The notes under the pieces were generated by a model, which ran no database searches, was not told the origin of the DNA, and saw only the letters and a list, made by a program, of their open reading frames with translations. A program made the position numbers and the translations under genes. Shown piece after piece: positions 1 to 9,783 of a stretch of DNA of 64,000 nt. Source of the DNA: Acidaminococcaceae bacterium (GTDB lineage Bacteria; Bacillota; Negativicutes; Acidaminococcales; Acidaminococcaceae). The stretch's first letter is position 1; every line of letters starts with the position of its first letter. The stretch covers positions 17,647 to 81,646 of the forward strand of contig JBFWIF010000001.1 in assembly GCA_050256135.1 (NCBI GenBank). Reading direction: 5' to 3'.

Positions 1-78
1 GTTGACGAAGTCAAGTTAAGATTTATTAATTACAAGTGCTTGCAATAAGTATTAACATTTTGAATTCAAACGGTGGAT

Positions 79-107
79 TTTACAATTTTTCGCAATAGGC
101 GTATCAT
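79..107 (+). promoter_or_regulatory. candidate sigma-70-type promoter for the LDH-family gene
   Basis: TTTACA (79-84), a 17-nt spacer, then TATCAT (102-107), about 55 nt upstream of the ATG at 162. Confidence 0.35.
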
Positions 108-161
108 AGAAGGGAATACTGTATAGCTGTTTATTTAATCAGCGGTAAAGGAGAGACAAGA

Positions 162-1115
162 ATGACTGCTAAAAAAAGAATTGTTGGTGTTATTGGTATA
201 GGGCACGTGGGAGCTCATGTTGCCTTTAATCTTGGCATGATGGGGATTGCAGACGAAGTTTTGCTGTGCGATAAAAATGAAAGCAAGATTATCAGCGAAC
301 GTCAGGATTTGATGGATGCTGTCAAATTCATGCCGCATCGTGTGGAATACAAGCTGGCGAAATATGAGGAACTTAAAGATTGTGATGTCATAGTCAACAG
401 TACTGGTAATATTGCCCTCTGCGCTACCGGAAATCGTGACGATGAAATGAATTTTACCGCAGTGCAGGTTGTTGATTATATTCCTAAGGTTATGGCTGGC
501 GGCTTTCATGGTATTATTCTTAATATAACGAATCCTTGTGATGTCATTACTTATCTTATTGCCAAGAAGAGTGGTTTGCCGGCAGGACACGTCCTGGGAA
601 CTGGCACGGGGCTTGATACCTCACGTCTTGTCAGCGCAATTGCTCAGCAGACAGGGTTGGAACATCATTCCTTCAATGCTTATATGATAGGAGAGCACGG
701 CAACGCACAAATGGTTCCTTGGTCATTGATGCAGTTCGGCGGCAAATCCCTGGCTGATTTGCAAAATGACCCGCGTTTTGTCTTTGACAAAGAAGAGATC
801 AAAAACAAAACGATCAAAGGCGGCTGGGTTACTTATCAAGGCAAGCAATGCACGGAGTACGGAATTGCTTCCACAGCTGCGTCGATGGTTGGCGTTATTT
901 TGCATGATGAGCACAAAATTATGCCTGCCAGTGTGCCATTCGATGGTGAATACGGTGAAACCGGCATTTTCTGCGGCTGCCCGGCAGTGCTTGGTGCTAA
1001 TGGGGTAGAGCAGGTCATGGAATACAATCTGCCTGCAGATGAAAAAGCGGAGTTCAAAAAATGCTGTGATACTATCCGCGCTAATATTGCCAAAGCAGAG
1101 AAACTGCTTGGCTAA
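162..1115 (+). CDS. L-lactate / L-2-hydroxyacid dehydrogenase (LDH/MDH family)
   Basis: N-terminal Rossmann motif VGVIGIGHVGAHVAF, a GEHG motif, about 317 aa, and RBS AAAGGAGAG before the ATG. Confidence 0.85.
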   Translation: MTAKKRIVGVIGIGHVGAHVAFNLGMMGIADEVLLCDKNESKIISERQDLMDAVKFMPHRVEYKLAKYEELKDCDVIVNSTGNIALCATGNRDDEMNFTAVQVVDYIPKVMAGGFHGIILNITNPCDVITYLIAKKSGLPAGHVLGTGTGLDTSRLVSAIAQQTGLEHHSFNAYMIGEHGNAQMVPWSLMQFGGKSLADLQNDPRFVFDKEEIKNKTIKGGWVTYQGKQCTEYGIASTAASMVGVILHDEHKIMPASVPFDGEYGETGIFCGCPAVLGANGVEQVMEYNLPADEKAEFKKCCDTIRANIAKAEKLLG

Positions 1116-1140
1116 TAACTATTAAACAGGTGAATTAAAG

Positions 1141-1177
1141 AAAATGGACCAAAGGAAAAATCCTTTGGTCCATTTTG
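1141..1177. terminator. bidirectional rho-independent terminator
   Basis: Perfect hairpin ATGGACCAAAGGA / TCCTTTGGTCCAT flanked by an A-run and a T-run, between convergent genes. Confidence 0.6.
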
Positions 1178-1206
1178 CTATTATGTAATTTTATCAGGTG
1201 TCTTTA

Positions 1207-1767
1207 TTACTTCCAGAATAATATTTCTGGGTCTCTTTTGAGAACAGCAGGAGATATCTTGGAAGGGTGACCAATGATTATTGGTGCAACGGCAATATAG
1301 TCTTTGGGAATACCGAGTTGTTCTTTGAGTTCTGGCATGTTGAGCGACATTTGCGCAAAGCCGATCCAGCAGCTGCCTAAACCAAGCTCATGAGCAGACA
1401 GCATGATATTTTGTGCTGCCAAGGCGCAGTCGCAGGCAGGGTTAGGTCCTTCCGGTTTGGCAAAAATTGTGAGCAGGACAGGAGCATGATAAAAAATATT
1501 ATACTCCGGAGTGCTGAAAAGCTGGCGATAGCATTCAAGAAATGGTTTCTCAGAGATACTGGCGAGCAAATAGGTTTTAGTATCATCGGATATTTTTTGC
1601 ATCAATTCCTTATCCTGAATCACGCCAAAAGACCAAGGTTGTACATTCATGGCACTTGGTGCCTGGATGCCGGCTTGGATCAATTTGTCGATGTCAGCTT
1701 TGTCGACGGCTTCCTCTGTATAAAAACGGACTGAATGGCGATTGTAAATTGCATCAATTAATTCCAT
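1207..1767 (-). CDS. nitroreductase family protein
   Basis: MELIDAIYNRHSVRFY start is typical of the nitroreductase fold. I chose the start at 1767 because AGGAGA lies 7 nt upstream; the ORF track extends to 1803. Confidence 0.85.
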   Translation of the reverse strand: MELIDAIYNRHSVRFYTEEAVDKADIDKLIQAGIQAPSAMNVQPWSFGVIQDKELMQKISDDTKTYLLASISEKPFLECYRQLFSTPEYNIFYHAPVLLTIFAKPEGPNPACDCALAAQNIMLSAHELGLGSCWIGFAQMSLNMPELKEQLGIPKDYIAVAPIIIGHPSKISPAVLKRDPEILFWK

Positions 1768-1818
1768 CTGATCATCTCCTGGATTTTTTAAAATTTTAAG
1801 CAAGGTGTTTAGATAAGT

Positions 1819-2289
1819 CTATTTATTTAGCAGCCAAATATGATAATTCAGGTAAGCTGCAAAGCACATCCAACAAAAATAGGGAAGTAACAAATATACA
1901 GTTCTTTTTTTGACTAAAGCAAAGAGGCAAATGGTAATCAAACTGGCAACAAGCAAGATGATAATAATATAAAAACTGGCATGGAGAAAATGAAATTGGA
2001 AAAAGAGCGCAGACCAGGCAATATTAATAAATAATTGATAAGCAAATGCCGAGATTGCCAAAAATTTGCCTGTTTCTTCGTTGCTTGCCCAGACAATATA
2101 CAAAGCAATAGCCATCAAAAAATGCAAAGCAGTCCAAACAGGTGATAAGAGCCAGTTCGGTGGAACGAGATCAGGTTTTATCAGCTGTGCGTACCAGGTA
2201 TTGGTGGCAATGCGTGTAAAAAACGTGTTTGCTATGCTGGCACTGAAGCAGATGGCGAGGCTGACAACAAATTTCATGATTTTGTCCAT
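1819..2289 (-). CDS. tspO: TspO/MBR tryptophan-rich sensory protein
   Basis: WYAQLIKPDLVPPNWLLSPVWTALH and a C-terminal LPYFCW..AAYLN motif, with five TM segments. AGGAGG precedes the ATG at 2289. Confidence 0.85.
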   Translation of the reverse strand: MDKIMKFVVSLAICFSASIANTFFTRIATNTWYAQLIKPDLVPPNWLLSPVWTALHFLMAIALYIVWASNEETGKFLAISAFAYQLFINIAWSALFFQFHFLHASFYIIIILLVASLITICLFALVKKRTVYLLLPYFCWMCFAAYLNYHIWLLNK

Positions 2290-2551
2290 CGAGAGATACC
2301 TCCTAAACGGAAAATACTGGGAATATTGAATTGGCAGCAATATCTTTCCCGTTAGTCACCACCATTATAACATGTACTCGCTAATGTTAATATAATCTTT
2401 AGGAAGTAGCTTGCGAGGTGCTGTTTGCTTATTCTTTTTTTGTGCTTTAAATTATTTTTTGCATTTTAGAGGAAACGCGGACAAAAAAGAGAAATATATG
2501 GCACATATGGGGAGTCTACGATAGTGGTTTGCATAGCAGGAGGAAATTTGT

Positions 2552-3835
2552 ATGGCAAACAATACTGTTTTGGCAATTGCTATTTTTATTGCAGCCTATA
2601 TCCTGATTATTTCAGAAAAAATCAACCGTATGGTCGTTGCGCTTTCAGGAGCTGTTATCATGATCATGCTTGGGATCATCAATCAGGAACAAGCCTTGTC
2701 CCATATCGACTTTAACACTATAGGGCTTCTTATAGGTATGATGATAACGGTTAATATTACGAGTGAAACAGGTATCTATAAGTTTATGGCTATCTGGGCG
2801 GCCAAAAAGGCGAAGGCTAGACCAATGCCGTTAATGTTTGCGTTGGCTTGTCTGACCGCTGTTTTTTCGGCTTTTCTTGATAACGTAACAACGGTGTTGC
2901 TGATAGTGCCCGTAACATTCGGTATTACTTCGCAGTTGAAGCTGGATGTCAAACCTTTCCTGGTTTGCCAGATTTTGGCATCAAATATCGGCGGCGCGGC
3001 AACCTTGATCGGTGATCCGCCGAACATAATGGTCAGCAGTGCGGCTGGATTTGATTTTATGGCTTTTATTATTAATCTGGCACCTGTCTGTATTTTTGTT
3101 TTCCTTATTTGTATGTTTATCCTCTATCTGCTGTACCGCAAAAAGCTGCATACTACGCCGGAACTGCAGGCAAAGGTGATGAAATTAAACGCCAAGAGTG
3201 AAATTCGTGACCCAGTATTGCTCAAAAAATGTCTTATTGTACTTGCCTGTACTATTTCCCTTTTTATGCTGCACTCGGTACTTCACCTAGCGACCGCGAC
3301 TGTAGCTCTCGCAGGAGCGAGTACATTAATGCTGCTTACTTTTGCGAGTGATGCGGAAAAATTGATGGTTGTGTTCAGCCGTATTGAGTGGTTGTCCATC
3401 TTCTTTTTTGTAGGTCTTTTCATTATGGTTGGTTCTTTAATAGAGACTGGCGTTATTAATATAGTTGCCGCCAAGGCAATGCATTTTACCAATGGTGATG
3501 TCAAGTCGACCGCAGTACTCATACTTTGGCTGAGCGCTATTGCTTCTGCTTTTATTGATAATATACCGTTTGTTGCAACTTTGCTGCCCTTGATTCAGGA
3601 AATGGGACAAATGGGAATAAACAATCTCGCTCCTATTTATTGGTCATTGGCTCTGGGGGCTTGTCTGGGCGGCTGCGGCACGCTCATTGGTGCCAGTGCT
3701 AATGTTGTTGTCGCTTCTATGGCAGCTCAAAGAGGTAAGCCTATTTCATTTAATAAGTTTCTTTTTATGGCGTTTCCTTTAATGATTTTAGCAATCATTA
3801 TAAGCAATCTCTATATTCTTTGGCGGTATTTCTAG
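2552..3835 (+). CDS. ArsB/NhaD-superfamily anion permease (CitMHS/YbiR-like)
   Basis: 427-aa polytopic membrane protein with the family's typical N-terminus and internal duplication. RBS is AGGAGG. Confidence 0.7.
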   Translation: MANNTVLAIAIFIAAYILIISEKINRMVVALSGAVIMIMLGIINQEQALSHIDFNTIGLLIGMMITVNITSETGIYKFMAIWAAKKAKARPMPLMFALACLTAVFSAFLDNVTTVLLIVPVTFGITSQLKLDVKPFLVCQILASNIGGAATLIGDPPNIMVSSAAGFDFMAFIINLAPVCIFVFLICMFILYLLYRKKLHTTPELQAKVMKLNAKSEIRDPVLLKKCLIVLACTISLFMLHSVLHLATATVALAGASTLMLLTFASDAEKLMVVFSRIEWLSIFFFVGLFIMVGSLIETGVINIVAAKAMHFTNGDVKSTAVLILWLSAIASAFIDNIPFVATLLPLIQEMGQMGINNLAPIYWSLALGACLGGCGTLIGASANVVVASMAAQRGKPISFNKFLFMAFPLMILAIIISNLYILWRYF

Positions 3836-3906
3836 TACGGAAAGCCAAAGACAACTAAGTCCTGCAACTGAAAGATAGTCTATATAAGCTTCTGGAGGTG
3901 TGATTA

Positions 3907-5181
3907 ATGATAACACGACAACATTATATAGATAGCTTGATAGCATATCGTGACAAGCCAATCATCAAGATAACAGCAGGTATGCGGCGCTCAGGCAAAT
4001 CAACTATCATGGCGTATTTTCATAACTATCTGGTGCAAGATGGTGTTCCCCAAAAAAATATAATAAGCATTAGTTTCGAAACGATGGAATTTGACGAAGC
4101 CGTGGGGGAGCAAGACTTATATGAACTTATAAAAAGCAAACAGCCGGTTCAGGGTAAATGTTATCTGTTGCTGGATGAAGTGCAAATGGTCAAAAACTGG
4201 GAAAAAGCAATTAGCAGACTGTATGAAGAAGATTCTTTCGATATTTACCTGACAGTCTCGAACTCTTTCCTGAAGGACTCTGATTGTGCAATTTCTCTAG
4301 CCGGTCGTTATGTTATGATCAATGTGCTGCCGTTGTCATTCCAGGAATATCTGCATTTTATCTTATGCCGGCGCCAGGAAGATGACCGCCAGTATAATTC
4401 TCTGCGCAGGATGTCAAGAAAGTTCATGAACCAGGGAGAGAACCTGGAATTGGATTTGAAACGTTATGTCAGATACGGCGGTTTACCGGCTATGCCGTTC
4501 ATACCGCCACAAAGCCGTGTGGCTGAGGAATTTCTGGAGGGCGTGTATAACAGCGTTATCGTCAAGGATGTATTGATTAACGAAAACATCCGTGATCTTA
4601 ATATTTTGCAAAAAATTGTTCGCTATCTGGCACAAAATACAGGCAAGATTATTTCCCCGGCAATTGTGAGCAGTTATCTGGACATCTATAACCCGAATGG
4701 AAATCACAAGGAAGATATCGCAGCTGATTATCTGCTGATGCTGGAAAAAGCTTATATTTTTTACAAGTTGTGCTGTTTTGATATTGCAAAGGGCACAATT
4801 CTTCCCAACTTAAATAAATATTATGTCGTTGATACAGGCATCCGTAATATGATTTTGTCTTTCTCCGATACCGGTAGGGGGCATAATCTGGAAACGATAG
4901 TCTATTTCGAGCTGCTGCGCCGAGGTTACCAGGTATTTTGCGGCCAATATGACGGCACAGAAATAGATTTCTATGCTGCCAGACAGGAGGAAAGAAAATG
5001 CTTTCAGGTTATTGCGAATCTCGACGACGCGGAAGCTGGTAAACAAAAAATCACTGCGCTGGCGAACCTTCCTGTTTCTTGCGAAAAAGTAGTTATTACC
5101 AAAGATAAAGGGTACAGAACAACTGACAAAGGAATAATTTTCCTTAATTATGCTGATTTTCTTTTGAATAGTGATTCGTAA
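3907..5181 (+). CDS. AAA-family ATPase with C-terminal DUF4143-like domain
   Basis: Walker A GMRRSGKST, Walker B LLLDEVQ, about 424 aa, architecture typical of AAA_14 + DUF4143 proteins. Confidence 0.7.
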   Translation: MITRQHYIDSLIAYRDKPIIKITAGMRRSGKSTIMAYFHNYLVQDGVPQKNIISISFETMEFDEAVGEQDLYELIKSKQPVQGKCYLLLDEVQMVKNWEKAISRLYEEDSFDIYLTVSNSFLKDSDCAISLAGRYVMINVLPLSFQEYLHFILCRRQEDDRQYNSLRRMSRKFMNQGENLELDLKRYVRYGGLPAMPFIPPQSRVAEEFLEGVYNSVIVKDVLINENIRDLNILQKIVRYLAQNTGKIISPAIVSSYLDIYNPNGNHKEDIAADYLLMLEKAYIFYKLCCFDIAKGTILPNLNKYYVVDTGIRNMILSFSDTGRGHNLETIVYFELLRRGYQVFCGQYDGTEIDFYAARQEERKCFQVIANLDDAEAGKQKITALANLPVSCEKVVITKDKGYRTTDKGIIFLNYADFLLNSDS

Positions 5182-5232
5182 TATGTTAGATTAGAGGAAG
5201 CAGTGTTCGTAAGAAGAAAAAAGGAGGTAAAA

Positions 5233-6489
5233 ATGCTTGAAAAAATAAGGAAGCAGCTTTCAACTATTCATGAGCAGAGCAAAGAAGCTTCGGCTGTCTT
5301 TAAATATATTGGGCCTGGTATACTCGTGACGGTTGGTTTCATAGATCCTGGCAATTGGGCGGTGAACCTGGCTGCCGGCGCTCATTATGGGTACAGTCTT
5401 TTGTGGGTCGTCACACTTTCTACTATTATGTTGATTCTCTTGCAGCATAACGCGGCACATCTTGGTATCGTTACCGGTGAGTGCCTGGCGGAGGCAGCCA
5501 GCAAATTTCTGAAACCTTGGCTGGCACGGTTCCTTCTCGGTACGGCAATGTTTGCGACTATTGCGACGGCTCTGGCGGAATTGTTGGGTGCGGCGATTGC
5601 GCTTAACATGTTATTTGAAATCCCAATTTTGCTGGGGGCAGTCATTACCGGCATCGTCTGTACGCTGATGCTGTGGACTAACGCTTACCGCAGATTGGAG
5701 ATGTGGATCGCAGGGTTTGTGTCGGTGATTGCTTTTTCCTATCTGTTTGAACTTTCTCTGGTCCAGGTCGATTGGCCGCTGGCAGCAGTTAACTGGGTTA
5801 TGCCTAGTTTGCCGGGCGGATCAATGCTGGTCGTGATGGGTATTTTGGGCGCTGTTATCATGCCGCATAATTTGTTTTTACACTCTGAAGTTATCCAAAG
5901 CCGCCAATGGAATCTAGAAGATCCAAAATTGATTGTTAAGCAGCTGCGCTACGAATTTCTGGATACTTTGTTTTCCATGAGTATTGGCTGGGCAATCAAT
6001 AGCGCGATGATCTTGCTTGCAGCGGCGACTTTTTTTGTAACTGGCATGTCCGTTGATGAATTGCAGCAGGCGCAGGAGATGTTGGTGCCGCTTTTGGGCG
6101 CTAATGCCGCTAATGTTTTTGCTATAGCACTCTTATTTGCCGGATTTGCATCGACAACGACGGCCGGTATGGCTGGTGCCACAATATTCGCGGGTATGTT
6201 CCACGAACCCTATGATATGAAGGATATTCATTCCAGAATTGGCTTGATTCTTACGTATATACCGGCAGTGGTTATCTTGCTGTTTGTGGCAGATCCTTTC
6301 TTTGGGCTGATTTTGTCGCAGGCCCTTTTAAGCGTGCAGCTGCCATTTACTATATTCATGCAGATTTATTTGACTTCGTCGGAGCGCATCATGGGCAAAT
6401 ATGCTAATAAGCCATCGACGAGATTGACGCTGGTTGTCTTAGGCGTTATCGTCACTCTGCTGAATTTGTTTTTGATTTACGAATTGTGA
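5233..6489 (+). CDS. mntH: Nramp-family divalent metal (Mn2+/Fe2+) transporter
   Basis: GPGILVTVGFIDPGNW Nramp signature and the MPHNLFLHS motif. I chose the start at 5233 because AAGGAGG precedes it. Confidence 0.9.
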   Translation: MLEKIRKQLSTIHEQSKEASAVFKYIGPGILVTVGFIDPGNWAVNLAAGAHYGYSLLWVVTLSTIMLILLQHNAAHLGIVTGECLAEAASKFLKPWLARFLLGTAMFATIATALAELLGAAIALNMLFEIPILLGAVITGIVCTLMLWTNAYRRLEMWIAGFVSVIAFSYLFELSLVQVDWPLAAVNWVMPSLPGGSMLVVMGILGAVIMPHNLFLHSEVIQSRQWNLEDPKLIVKQLRYEFLDTLFSMSIGWAINSAMILLAAATFFVTGMSVDELQQAQEMLVPLLGANAANVFAIALLFAGFASTTTAGMAGATIFAGMFHEPYDMKDIHSRIGLILTYIPAVVILLFVADPFFGLILSQALLSVQLPFTIFMQIYLTSSERIMGKYANKPSTRLTLVVLGVIVTLLNLFLIYEL

Positions 6490-6497
6490 CCACCAAA

Positions 6498-6530
6498 GTG
6501 GTACAAAGGGGACTGTCCCCTTTGTACCAC
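6498..6530. repeat. 33-nt perfect palindrome (copy 1), probably also the mntH terminator
   Basis: GTGGTACAAAGGGGACTGTCCCCTTTGTACCAC; an identical copy is at 28862-28894. Confidence 0.8.
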
Positions 6531-6746
6531 AACTAATAATTTTTTTTGGCAATTCAAGTTGCATTTTTTAGCTTAATTGGTTACAATGCATAGTGTATTA
6601 AAAATATACTCCGGCGGCCTTTTATGGTCCCGGGGTTTTGTTTTGAACTATAAGGATATCAGAAAAGGGGAAAAGTTATTACATTAGGTAAGCAGATTTA
6701 TAATGTCAAAAGAAACAGTGAAAAGAAAAGATTTGTTGTTTTTGTT

Positions 6747-7577
6747 TTGCGTACATTAGTTAAACGCAAACAAATGGCAGCATTAACCAAATTTTTTGAT
6801 GAAACAAAGATTAAAAAAGAAATTGTCAAAGCAAAACCGTATTTTTTTGAACAGGCAACAAGACAATTTTTTTACAAGGGTTCTCAATTTGATGAACGTG
6901 TAAAATTAATAAAAGAAAACATGGATTTTCTAACAGAAACTTTTTCTGAGGATAGTCTTCGCCATATTTATGTAGATGGCAGTGGTATAGAATTATGGAG
7001 CGAGGAATATCTTGGGAAAAAACTTTCTTTTCAGCTTAAATTTAGCGGTGGGCAACAAAAAGAGGGAACTTTATCAATTATACTGAAATGGGATAAGACT
7101 TATCTTTACCAAATGATGTTCTGGATAGCCAAAGATATGAAGACGGATCAATATGACCTTTTTATAGGGGCTATGCAGGGGCCGAATGTTGATAATGCCA
7201 ATGAAATAATCAAAGTTCTCACAAAACAGTTTTTCGGTTATCGAACCAAAAATTTAATACTTTATGCAACAAGGGCTTTTGCCAGAGCTATTGGCGTAAC
7301 AAGAATTTATGCCGTTACCAATGAAGGATATTATGCCAATAACCATATACGCATAGATAGAAAATTAAAAACTTCTTTCAACGATTTTTGGGCGGAGACA
7401 GGCGGCACACCTTGCGAAGATAAACGTTTTTACGAACTGCCGCTTACGGAATATAGAAAAACATTAGAAGAAGTCAAAACTCACAAACGCAATCTATACC
7501 GGAAACGTTTTGAGGTTTTGGATAGAATTGATCTGGCAATACATAATGCTATTAAGAAATGTTTACGCGCAAAATAA
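6747..7577 (+). CDS. VirK/YbjX (DUF535) family protein
   Basis: Central and C-terminal blocks (LFIGAMQGPN, YRTKNLILYATRAFA..IGV..IYAV, NNH) match the DUF535 pattern as I remember it. The start is uncertain: TTG at 6747 or ATG at 6774. Confidence 0.65.
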   Translation: MRTLVKRKQMAALTKFFDETKIKKEIVKAKPYFFEQATRQFFYKGSQFDERVKLIKENMDFLTETFSEDSLRHIYVDGSGIELWSEEYLGKKLSFQLKFSGGQQKEGTLSIILKWDKTYLYQMMFWIAKDMKTDQYDLFIGAMQGPNVDNANEIIKVLTKQFFGYRTKNLILYATRAFARAIGVTRIYAVTNEGYYANNHIRIDRKLKTSFNDFWAETGGTPCEDKRFYELPLTEYRKTLEEVKTHKRNLYRKRFEVLDRIDLAIHNAIKKCLRAK

Positions 7578-7582
7578 AAAAG

Positions 7583-7630
7583 TATCTCAGAGGCGAGAAT
7601 AATTTATTCAGCCTTTGAGATACTTTTTTA
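7583..7630 (+). terminator. rho-independent terminator
   Basis: GTATCTCAGAGGC ... GCCTTTGAGATAC hairpin followed by TTTTTT. Confidence 0.6.
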
Positions 7631-7707
7631 TATTAAAAGGAAATGCTGATAAAATAGCGAATTATATTGGAATATTATAGATTGCAGTTCAGCTGGGAGG
7701 TTATCAA

Positions 7708-8670
7708 ATGAAGAAGGTATTATTAATATTTTCACTGTTAATGATTTTTATGAGTTGCAATATTGCACTGGCTGAAGAGCAGCAGACGACCAAACTTCAA
7801 TCGTCAGCATCGGGCTGGTATTACAATAATGTTATTTTTACCAGAGGTCAGTTTACAGAGATCGGCAAGGACAATGTCAGAGTTGAAGGAGATGGCGGTT
7901 ACCGCGATATAGTGCTGAACATTTCGGCAACTACCCATATAGTTAATGCTGAGGACGGGACGCCGGTCCTTTTTAGTTCTCTGCAGAAAGGCGGATCTGT
8001 AACAGCTTATTACGGACCGGGCGTTAGCAAAAGTATGCCTCCGCAGGGTAATGCCTTTGCGTTGGTTGTCGGCACACCGACTCAAGGCAATTCTGCAGGT
8101 ATCTATATGAAGGCTGGCAGCGTGCAGAAGGTTGATGACGATAGAATCAAGGTTCTATCTTCTAACGGCGATAGATTAATAACTATCACTAGTGAAGTGT
8201 TTCCCAACCTGAACTCTATCAAGGAGGGTTCCGATTTGCTTGTCTGGTATGAAATGATGACCATGAGCCTGCCGGGGCAGGCAGCCGCGACTAAGGCTGT
8301 ACTGCTTCCTGCGACGATTAAGGTCTATCTTGGCGCGGAAGTTGTTGTGGTCAATGGCAAAGAGGTTGTCTTAGGAGGAAAAGAAGGCATTGTCAAAAAA
8401 GATATGGTTGTCTTTCTGCCTATTAGAAAGATAGCAGAAGCTTTGGGCTACAATATTATTTGGCATACAGAACAACAACAGATTGAATTGAAAGACGGTA
8501 CCAATACAGTGGCGGCATGCAAAATAGGCAGCAACAGCTATCAGAAAGGGCAGTCGGTTGTTGGGCTTGCAAAAGTGCCGGAACTTATTAACGGTAAAAT
8601 GTTTGTGCCGCTGAATTTTTTCACTGATGTGCTAAGCGTTAAGGTAGATGTGAGCTATAGACCTGTCTGA
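7708..8670 (+). CDS. secreted protein with C-terminal copper-amine-oxidase N-terminal-like (stalk) domain
   Basis: Signal peptide MKKVLLIFSLLMIFMSCNIALA. The C-terminal VFLPIRKIAEALGYNIIW...GKMFVPLNFF pattern is typical of the Cu_amine_oxidN1 domain. Confidence 0.65.
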   Translation: MKKVLLIFSLLMIFMSCNIALAEEQQTTKLQSSASGWYYNNVIFTRGQFTEIGKDNVRVEGDGGYRDIVLNISATTHIVNAEDGTPVLFSSLQKGGSVTAYYGPGVSKSMPPQGNAFALVVGTPTQGNSAGIYMKAGSVQKVDDDRIKVLSSNGDRLITITSEVFPNLNSIKEGSDLLVWYEMMTMSLPGQAAATKAVLLPATIKVYLGAEVVVVNGKEVVLGGKEGIVKKDMVVFLPIRKIAEALGYNIIWHTEQQQIELKDGTNTVAACKIGSNSYQKGQSVVGLAKVPELINGKMFVPLNFFTDVLSVKVDVSYRPV

Positions 8671-8694
8671 AGATAAAACTACAGGAGATGCAAA

Positions 8695-9513
8695 ATGAAG
8701 AAAATTACGATAGGTTTGGTTCAGATGGCTTCGCTGTGTGGTGATATTGAATATAACCTAAAAAAAATAGAGGGGTTTGTTCGTCAGGCAGCTGCCAAAC
8801 AAACTGACATCATCTGTTTTCCTGAGCTTTCGCTTACAGGGTATTGTCTGGAAAAAGATTGGACGGCGCAAGAGTCAAAGATCAAAGAAGCAGTTAAAGA
8901 ATTGCTTAATCTTTCCATGCAGCTGAAAATCGTAATAATGGTCGGCATGGTTGAAGTGTCAGACAGCAGCGACGCATACATAAGTCAGCTGATATGTTTG
9001 GAGGACGGAAGTTGTAAAAATTACCGCAAAACTCATCTTGGTCAACGAGAAAAGAAGGTTTTTGCTGCGGGCAACAGACTTCCTGTTTTTAAATTGGAAG
9101 CTGGCTTGAACATTGGCGTGGAGTTATGCTATGACACACATTTCCCTGAGGTTACAGGCAAGCTTTCGCAAATGGGTGCGCAGATAGTATTTGCACCGCA
9201 TGCAGTGCCGCTCGTTTCGGCAGGTAGCCGTGAGGAAATTTGGGGAAAATATATACCAGCGCGTGCTTATGACAATCGAGTTTATTTCGCCTGCTGCAAT
9301 CAGCTGGGCGGCAATGGCAGGGGCAGCGAATTTGCCGGGGGCTGTGTCGTTTACGGTCCGGACGGAAGCGTTATTGCCAAAGATTTTTCCAATCAGGAGG
9401 GGTTACTTACCACTAAACTTTCTTTAACGGGTTTAGAGCGTTATCGAAATCAAGGTAAAGGAAAGATGGGTGCACGGTTTTTCCTGCAGGATAGGAGACC
9501 AGAGTTGTATTAG
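8695..9513 (+). CDS. carbon-nitrogen hydrolase (nitrilase superfamily) protein
   Basis: CFPELSLTGY (catalytic Glu region), the Lys region and the VELCYD catalytic Cys motif. Confidence 0.85.
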   Translation: MKKITIGLVQMASLCGDIEYNLKKIEGFVRQAAAKQTDIICFPELSLTGYCLEKDWTAQESKIKEAVKELLNLSMQLKIVIMVGMVEVSDSSDAYISQLICLEDGSCKNYRKTHLGQREKKVFAAGNRLPVFKLEAGLNIGVELCYDTHFPEVTGKLSQMGAQIVFAPHAVPLVSAGSREEIWGKYIPARAYDNRVYFACCNQLGGNGRGSEFAGGCVVYGPDGSVIAKDFSNQEGLLTTKLSLTGLERYRNQGKGKMGARFFLQDRRPELY

Positions 9514-9552
9514 AAAAAATAGCTGGCTAAAATAAGAAAACGAAATCAGCCA

Positions 9553-9591
9553 AAAGTGCTTTTTCTCATAGTGAGAAAAAGCACTTTTTTT
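9553..9591 (+). terminator. rho-independent terminator
   Basis: GTGCTTTTTCTCA / TGAGAAAAAGCAC hairpin plus a T7 run. Confidence 0.65.
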
Positions 9592-9783
9592 GTGCAGTAT
9601 TCAAAAAAGGTAAAAAACACGCAAAAACGGTAAAATACTAGGAAATATGGAAGGAAGAATTTTTATCGATGTCGAAAGTTGCAAAAAGTATACTACACCT
9701 TCAGACCTGCCCAAAGCTGGGAAAGGGTCTTTTGGATAATTTTAAGGTTTCTATGAGAAAATCTTACCAAACGGTGGTGAATC

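Noticed and set aside
59-70. 12-nt perfect palindrome TTTGAATTCAAA upstream of the LDH-family gene, as a possible Rex or CRP/FNR-type operator
   Set aside because: It does not fit the Rex consensus (TTGTGAA-N6-TTCACAA) or the FNR/CRP half-site spacing. A short AT-rich palindrome could easily arise by chance.
135-590. 151-aa minus-strand ORF
   Set aside because: It is antisense to the LDH-family gene and has no supporting features.
3907-5181. AAA ATPase/DUF4143 gene as a possible phage-defence component
   Set aside because: It is a single gene with no nuclease, methylase or other partner nearby. This family is common and usually uncharacterised, so I have no basis for a system call.
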